Shown: positions 38,488 to 42,472 of the stretch, piece after piece
How the letters are laid out: the number at the start of each line of letters is the position of its first letter
Position numbering within the stretch: the stretch's first letter is position 1
Source of the DNA: Promethearchaeota archaeon
GTDB lineage: Archaea; Asgardarchaeota; Lokiarchaeia; Sigyniarchaeales; SOKP01
Assembly (NCBI GenBank): GCA_048938445.1
Contig: JBHLME010000025.1
Span: 1-42,472 of the forward strand
Length of the DNA: 42,472 nt
Direction: 5' to 3'
The notes under the pieces: generated by a model
What the model saw: the letters and a program-made list of their open reading frames with translations, nothing else
What the model was told of the DNA's origin: nothing
Database searches by the model: none
Translations under genes and position numbers: made by a program

Positions 38488-38943
38488 ATGATGGTTAATC
38501 AAAACTTGATTGATAAATTAAAAGGATGGCGAGAAAATCCACCAGATCGAGAGAGCGTGGATGAAAAATTTGGTGAAGAATTTCTTAACACTTTATTTTC
38601 AATTTTTAAACAATTATCCGAAGAAGACGAGGATTTGAAGGAAGCAGTGGAAGATGCGAACATTTGCATGCAATTTGTAATGATCTGGGAAAGTAAGGAA
38701 TTTAAATTTTGGATATCTGCTAGGGAGGGTAAAATCGATTTTGGTGTAGGAGAGGGACTTGATGTAACGGTTACAATGAAAGCGACTGCAGAGAAAATGT
38801 TTACGATTTTAACCGGAGAAGCTGAGGCCACATCGGCATACATGTCCGGAGAATTGACAATAGAGGGAAATTTACAAGATGCAATGGCATTTGGGGAGAT
38901 TTCTTCAGTTGCAGCAGATTTAATTGAAGAACTTATGGATTAG
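38488..38943 (+). CDS. SCP2 sterol/lipid-binding domain protein (paralogue 2)
   Basis: DVTVTM...ILTGEAEATSAYMSGELTIEGNL, colinear with paralogue 1. Start at 38488 or 38491. Confidence 0.9.
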   Translation: MMVNQNLIDKLKGWRENPPDRESVDEKFGEEFLNTLFSIFKQLSEEDEDLKEAVEDANICMQFVMIWESKEFKFWISAREGKIDFGVGEGLDVTVTMKATAEKMFTILTGEAEATSAYMSGELTIEGNLQDAMAFGEISSVAADLIEELMD

Positions 38944-39083
38944 GACCTTTAATTTAACATAATTCTCTCTTTTTTCAATTGTTAATCTATTTTCTTCACA
39001 TTTTTTATTTAAAATTGAAAAGAAATAATCTTCTTAAACCATATTTAATTTAGGTAATCTAATAATAAGAAATTCATTGAGAC

Positions 39084-39617
39084 TTGATTAAAATGACTAA
39101 AAAATCGTTTAGTTTTGAATTTATTGAAAAAAATATGAGAAAGAAAACATTTGGCATTCTCAGCACAGTTGATTCGGATGGTAAATCACAATCAACAGGA
39201 ATTTTATATGCCGTGTCTCCACCATCATCAAAATTTTCTCTCTATGTATTAACTGACAAGAGATACAAGAAAGTTCAAAATATTTTAAAAAATGCTTCAG
39301 TATCCTTTGTCATTCCGTTCCCACATTATGTTCTTCGATTTGTTCCCGCTTCTTGCGTCCAATTTCAGGGAAATGCTAAAATCCTCCCAATAAATAATAA
39401 AGATGCCCAAGAAGCATTTACTAACAGTCATAAAATGCTCAAAATGAACTTGGATCAAGTTAATAAGTTAGAAATGGATAAAGAAGAAACAGTTTTCATC
39501 AAGATCGTTCCCTCAAGTAAAATCTCTTGTTATGGTTTAGGTATCAGCATGATGCAACTTCGGAAAAACATTGAAATTGGTTCTTATGCCGTCAATGTCC
39601 CCCAAGAAAGACTTTAA
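39084..39617 (+). CDS. Pyridoxamine 5'-phosphate oxidase-like (FMN-binding split barrel) protein
   Basis: FGILSTVDSDGK, KKVQNILKNASVSF and VQFQGNAKI. The probable start is ATG 39093. Confidence 0.8.
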   Translation: MIKMTKKSFSFEFIEKNMRKKTFGILSTVDSDGKSQSTGILYAVSPPSSKFSLYVLTDKRYKKVQNILKNASVSFVIPFPHYVLRFVPASCVQFQGNAKILPINNKDAQEAFTNSHKMLKMNLDQVNKLEMDKEETVFIKIVPSSKISCYGLGISMMQLRKNIEIGSYAVNVPQERL

Positions 39618-39655
39618 CCTCAACATGATACTTATGAAATAACGATTTTCAAAGA

Positions 39656-40075
39656 TTAATCTTCCTCATTTTGTTCAGCGTCATCATCTTCTTGATTATC
39701 TCTTAGTTCATTTAGGAAATCTGTTAAATTTATATCAGAATTTAAATTCTTTAGAAAAGAAAACTTCTTGCTAGGTGTATCTTTTAATGGAAATATTTTG
39801 TCAAGGATTTTTTCACCAATCATGAATATGGGAATCTCTTGATATACTTTTTTACTCGCTATTTCCTTCAAAAAATCATATGGATCTCTCCCAGACATCA
39901 TTGCATTCATCAAGATACAGGTAATATTCATGTATTCTTTCTTGAGTACTTCTAAAGCCTCTTGAGAATTTAAACAAATAATTGTTTCAAAACCTGCGAT
40001 TTGCATCGTTTTTGCGGTAAGTAGGGTAATGTCTTGCTCATCCTCAAAAATAATTATCTTCTTTTTTTTTGTCAT
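39656..40075 (-). CDS. Stand-alone atypical response-regulator receiver domain
   Basis: KIIIFEDEQDI...AGFETI...EALEVL...CILMNAMMSG...IPIFMI. Asn replaces the phospho-acceptor Asp. Confidence 0.8.
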   Translation of the reverse strand: MTKKKKIIIFEDEQDITLLTAKTMQIAGFETIICLNSQEALEVLKKEYMNITCILMNAMMSGRDPYDFLKEIASKKVYQEIPIFMIGEKILDKIFPLKDTPSKKFSFLKNLNSDINLTDFLNELRDNQEDDDAEQNEED

Positions 40076-40332
40076 TTTTCAAAATTTTATATGGTAATTT
40101 TAAAAATTATAGGCTAAATTATAAACTATGAGGTAGGATTATCTATTTCATGCTATTGATACTATTAACTTACTTATCAAAAAAAAAGACTATTTAGTCT
40201 ATTAAGATAAAAAAACAGCTAAAAATTGAAAAATAAGTAAAATTTAATAGGAAAACTAACATATTAGAACTAATCAATTTTTAATTTAAAGATTTTAATA
40301 ATAGAATGAATTATATTTAAGCGAATTAAGAA

Positions 40333-42321
40333 ATGAGTGATAAAAGAAAAAAGCTCTGGGAACCCTCCGAAGAGTGGATAAAAAACGCTGAGGTCACTCG
40401 CTTTATTGAATTTGTTAATGAAAATTATGGACAAAATATTAAGGGAGCAAAGCTCCTTTATAAATGGTCAATTGAAGCAATACCCGATTTCTGGGATGCC
40501 ATATGGAAATTTTCCGGTATGATTGTCTCTAAATCTTATGAAAAAGTAGTGGAAGATTTAAACATTTTCCCGGGTACTAAATGGTTTCCTGGGGCGAGGC
40601 TAAACTTTGCAGAGAATCTCTTGAAATATAAAGACAAACAATTAGCATTCATTTTTCAAGGCGAGACAAAAGTATCAAAACAAGTGACCTATACAGAATT
40701 AAATAAAATTGTTGCTCGTTTAGCTAGGGCTCTCAAGGAATTGGGTGTTAAAGTTGGAGATCGAGTTGTATCATATATCCCAAACTTAATTGAAACACCC
40801 ATTGCAATGTTAGCAACAGCAGCTCTAGGAGCAACCTGGGCATCTTGTGGAGCGGAACTACAAACAAGTGCCGTGATTGATAGGCTTGGTCAGATAAAAC
40901 CAAAGGTTCTCTTTACTGTAGACGGGTATCTTTATCGAGGTAATGTTTTTGATATCCGAGAGAATGCAAAAAAAATTATTGAAGCAATCCCTTCCATAGA
41001 AAAAGTCGTGGTGGTTTCTTATGTTTCAGACGGAAAATGTGATGTGAGCGGCATTCCTAAAGCTATTAATTGGGAGGATTTTCTATCTAAAGAGGAAAAT
41101 CCTTCATTAGAATTTGAGCAATTACCTTTTGAACACCCCATGTACGTGATGTTCTCTAGTGGAACGACTGGAAAGCCAAAATGCATGGTTCAAAGCGCGG
41201 GTGGCGTTCTAATCAATCATTTAAAGGAACTTATCCTCTCTACGGATTGCAAAAGAACCGATGTTATCACTTATATCACGGCTCCTTCATGGATGATGTG
41301 GAACTGGCTTATCAGTGCTTTAGGTACTGGAGCAACAATTTTCTTGTATGACGGAAATCCTTTATACCCCGATCCTCTCAGATTCTTTGAATTAATTGAA
41401 CAGCACAAGATCACCATATTTGGCACTAGTGCCGCATATATCCATTATCTCATGGGTATCGATGCTAAACCTGCTGAAAAATATGATTTAAGTGCACTAA
41501 AAGAAATCTCCCAGACCGCTTCTACACTTTCTCCTGAAGGATTTGACTATGTGTATCAAAAAATTAAGAAAGATCTCTTTTTCAACTCCATTAGTGGTGG
41601 AACAGATATTAATGGGTGCTTTGCTGGAGCTCTACCTATATTACCTGTATATTCTGGAGAGATACAAGGTCGAGCGTTAGCTATGAAAGTTGAGTCTTAT
41701 GATGGAAAAGCAGAACCCGTTGAAGACGTGCAAGCTGAACTTGTCTGTGAAGCACCTGCTCCATCAATGCCTATATACTTTTGGGAAGATGATAAGAACA
41801 TGACGAGGTACAAGGCAGCCTATTTTGACTATTATAAGGATATTGGCAAAAATGTCTGGAGGCATGGCGATTATATCGTCATTCATAGTGATACTGGAGG
41901 TATTACCTTCTGGGGGCGATCAGATGCCGTCTTAAAACCAAGTGGAGTACGTATAGGGACTGCGGAAATATACAATGTTGTTGAACAATTACCCGAAATT
42001 GCTGATTCGCTAGTTGTTGGTCAGAAATGGGAGGGAGATATACGAATCATAATGTTTGTTTTGTTAAATGAAGGATTTAAATTGAATGATGAATTAAAAA
42101 CTAAAATAAGGCAAACTCTTCGAGAAAAGACCTCACCTAGACATGTACCAAAGCTAATCTATGCAACTCCCTCCGATGGTATACCTTATACATTTAGTAA
42201 CAAAAAAGTAGAAATTGCTGTTACAAAAATCATCCACGGAATGGAAGTCGCTAACCGTGGTGCTCTCCGGAACCCAGAATCTCTGGATTTTTACATGGAA
42301 ATGAAGGATAAACTTCAATAA
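40333..42321 (+). CDS. Acetoacetate--CoA ligase (acetoacetyl-CoA synthetase)
   Basis: WFPGARLNFAENLL, FSSGTTGKPKC, WMMWNWL, SISGGTD, VWRHGD, GRSDAVLKPSGVRIGTAEIY and KKVE. Confidence 0.94.
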   Translation: MSDKRKKLWEPSEEWIKNAEVTRFIEFVNENYGQNIKGAKLLYKWSIEAIPDFWDAIWKFSGMIVSKSYEKVVEDLNIFPGTKWFPGARLNFAENLLKYKDKQLAFIFQGETKVSKQVTYTELNKIVARLARALKELGVKVGDRVVSYIPNLIETPIAMLATAALGATWASCGAELQTSAVIDRLGQIKPKVLFTVDGYLYRGNVFDIRENAKKIIEAIPSIEKVVVVSYVSDGKCDVSGIPKAINWEDFLSKEENPSLEFEQLPFEHPMYVMFSSGTTGKPKCMVQSAGGVLINHLKELILSTDCKRTDVITYITAPSWMMWNWLISALGTGATIFLYDGNPLYPDPLRFFELIEQHKITIFGTSAAYIHYLMGIDAKPAEKYDLSALKEISQTASTLSPEGFDYVYQKIKKDLFFNSISGGTDINGCFAGALPILPVYSGEIQGRALAMKVESYDGKAEPVEDVQAELVCEAPAPSMPIYFWEDDKNMTRYKAAYFDYYKDIGKNVWRHGDYIVIHSDTGGITFWGRSDAVLKPSGVRIGTAEIYNVVEQLPEIADSLVVGQKWEGDIRIIMFVLLNEGFKLNDELKTKIRQTLREKTSPRHVPKLIYATPSDGIPYTFSNKKVEIAVTKIIHGMEVANRGALRNPESLDFYMEMKDKLQ

Positions 42322-42322
42322 A

Positions 42323-42346
42323 TTTTTTTTATTTTTCTTTTTTTTC
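42323..42346 (+). terminator. Oligo-T terminator-like tract
   Basis: T8/T5/T8 runs directly after the stop codon. Confidence 0.5.
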
Positions 42347-42369
42347 TGAATTATTTTTAAACAAATTTT

Positions 42370-42472
42370 TTAAGAGTAGATTATACTTTTTTGTCCTTTT
42401 AGGCTTTCTTCAGTAACCTGTTCCTTTTCCAACTTGATCGACCAACTCTTCGACATATCGTTGATCGCCAAA
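42370..42472 (-). other. Probable 3' end of a convergent gene that starts outside the window; frame not determinable
   Basis: Higher-GC stretch. All three minus frames are open at the window edge and stop between about 42410 and 42370. Confidence 0.35.

Larger units (their letters stand above)
37960..38943 (+). repeat. Tandem gene duplication (two ~450-bp SCP2 copies)
   Basis: Near-identical nucleotide blocks, e.g. aaggaatttaaattttggat and atagagggaaatttacaagatgc, occur in both copies. Confidence 0.9.

Noticed and set aside
613-38843. Short antisense or overlapping ORFs in the track (e.g. 10136..10735, 17218..17565, 19278..19682, 37968..38354, 38499..38843)
   Set aside because: They are shadows of well-supported genes and carry no motifs of their own.
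1-42472. CRISPR array, tRNA/rRNA genes, IS elements or integrase
   Set aside because: No regularly spaced repeats, cloverleaf or rRNA-like GC-rich tracts, or transposase/recombinase motifs were seen by eye.
42370-42472. Selenocysteine read-through at TGA, or a ribosomal L37e-like peptide (TICRRVGRSS), at the window edge
   Set aside because: The frame is unknown, there is no Sec-type context or SECIS, and the Zn-binding cysteines are missing.

Overview
AT-rich archaeal chromosomal window. PAN, a TFS/RpoM-like Zn ribbon, TATA-type promoters and U-tract terminators point to an archaeon. Adding SCP2 proteins, HtpG, a short MCP and a 7-TM protein suggests an Asgard (Lokiarchaeia-like) genome, which is an inference. 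The most striking element is a tightly packed 8-gene minus-strand operon (16274->3734): PadR regulator, BtrH-like papain-fold protein, Cys-rich DUF3795-like protein, second BtrH-like protein, SAM methyltransferase, class II-type UvrA, double-length four-ATPase UvrA and a QW-repeat (prenyltransferase/squalene cyclase-like) barrel protein. A tandem palindromic operator precedes it, and no uvrB or uvrC lies in the window. It looks like an inducible, uncharacterised genotoxin resistance/detoxification system rather than standard nucleotide excision repair. Other highlights: an SCP2-fused glycyl radical enzyme with its activase, an ABC permease fused to a CPBP/CAAX protease, HtpG with a long charged linker, a 7-TM protein with a helix-8-like tail, a receiver-like/SDR fusion, a truncated TFS paralogue and tandem SCP2 genes. 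No rRNA, tRNA, CRISPR array or transposase was recognised. All family calls come from motif recognition by eye; no database search was run.
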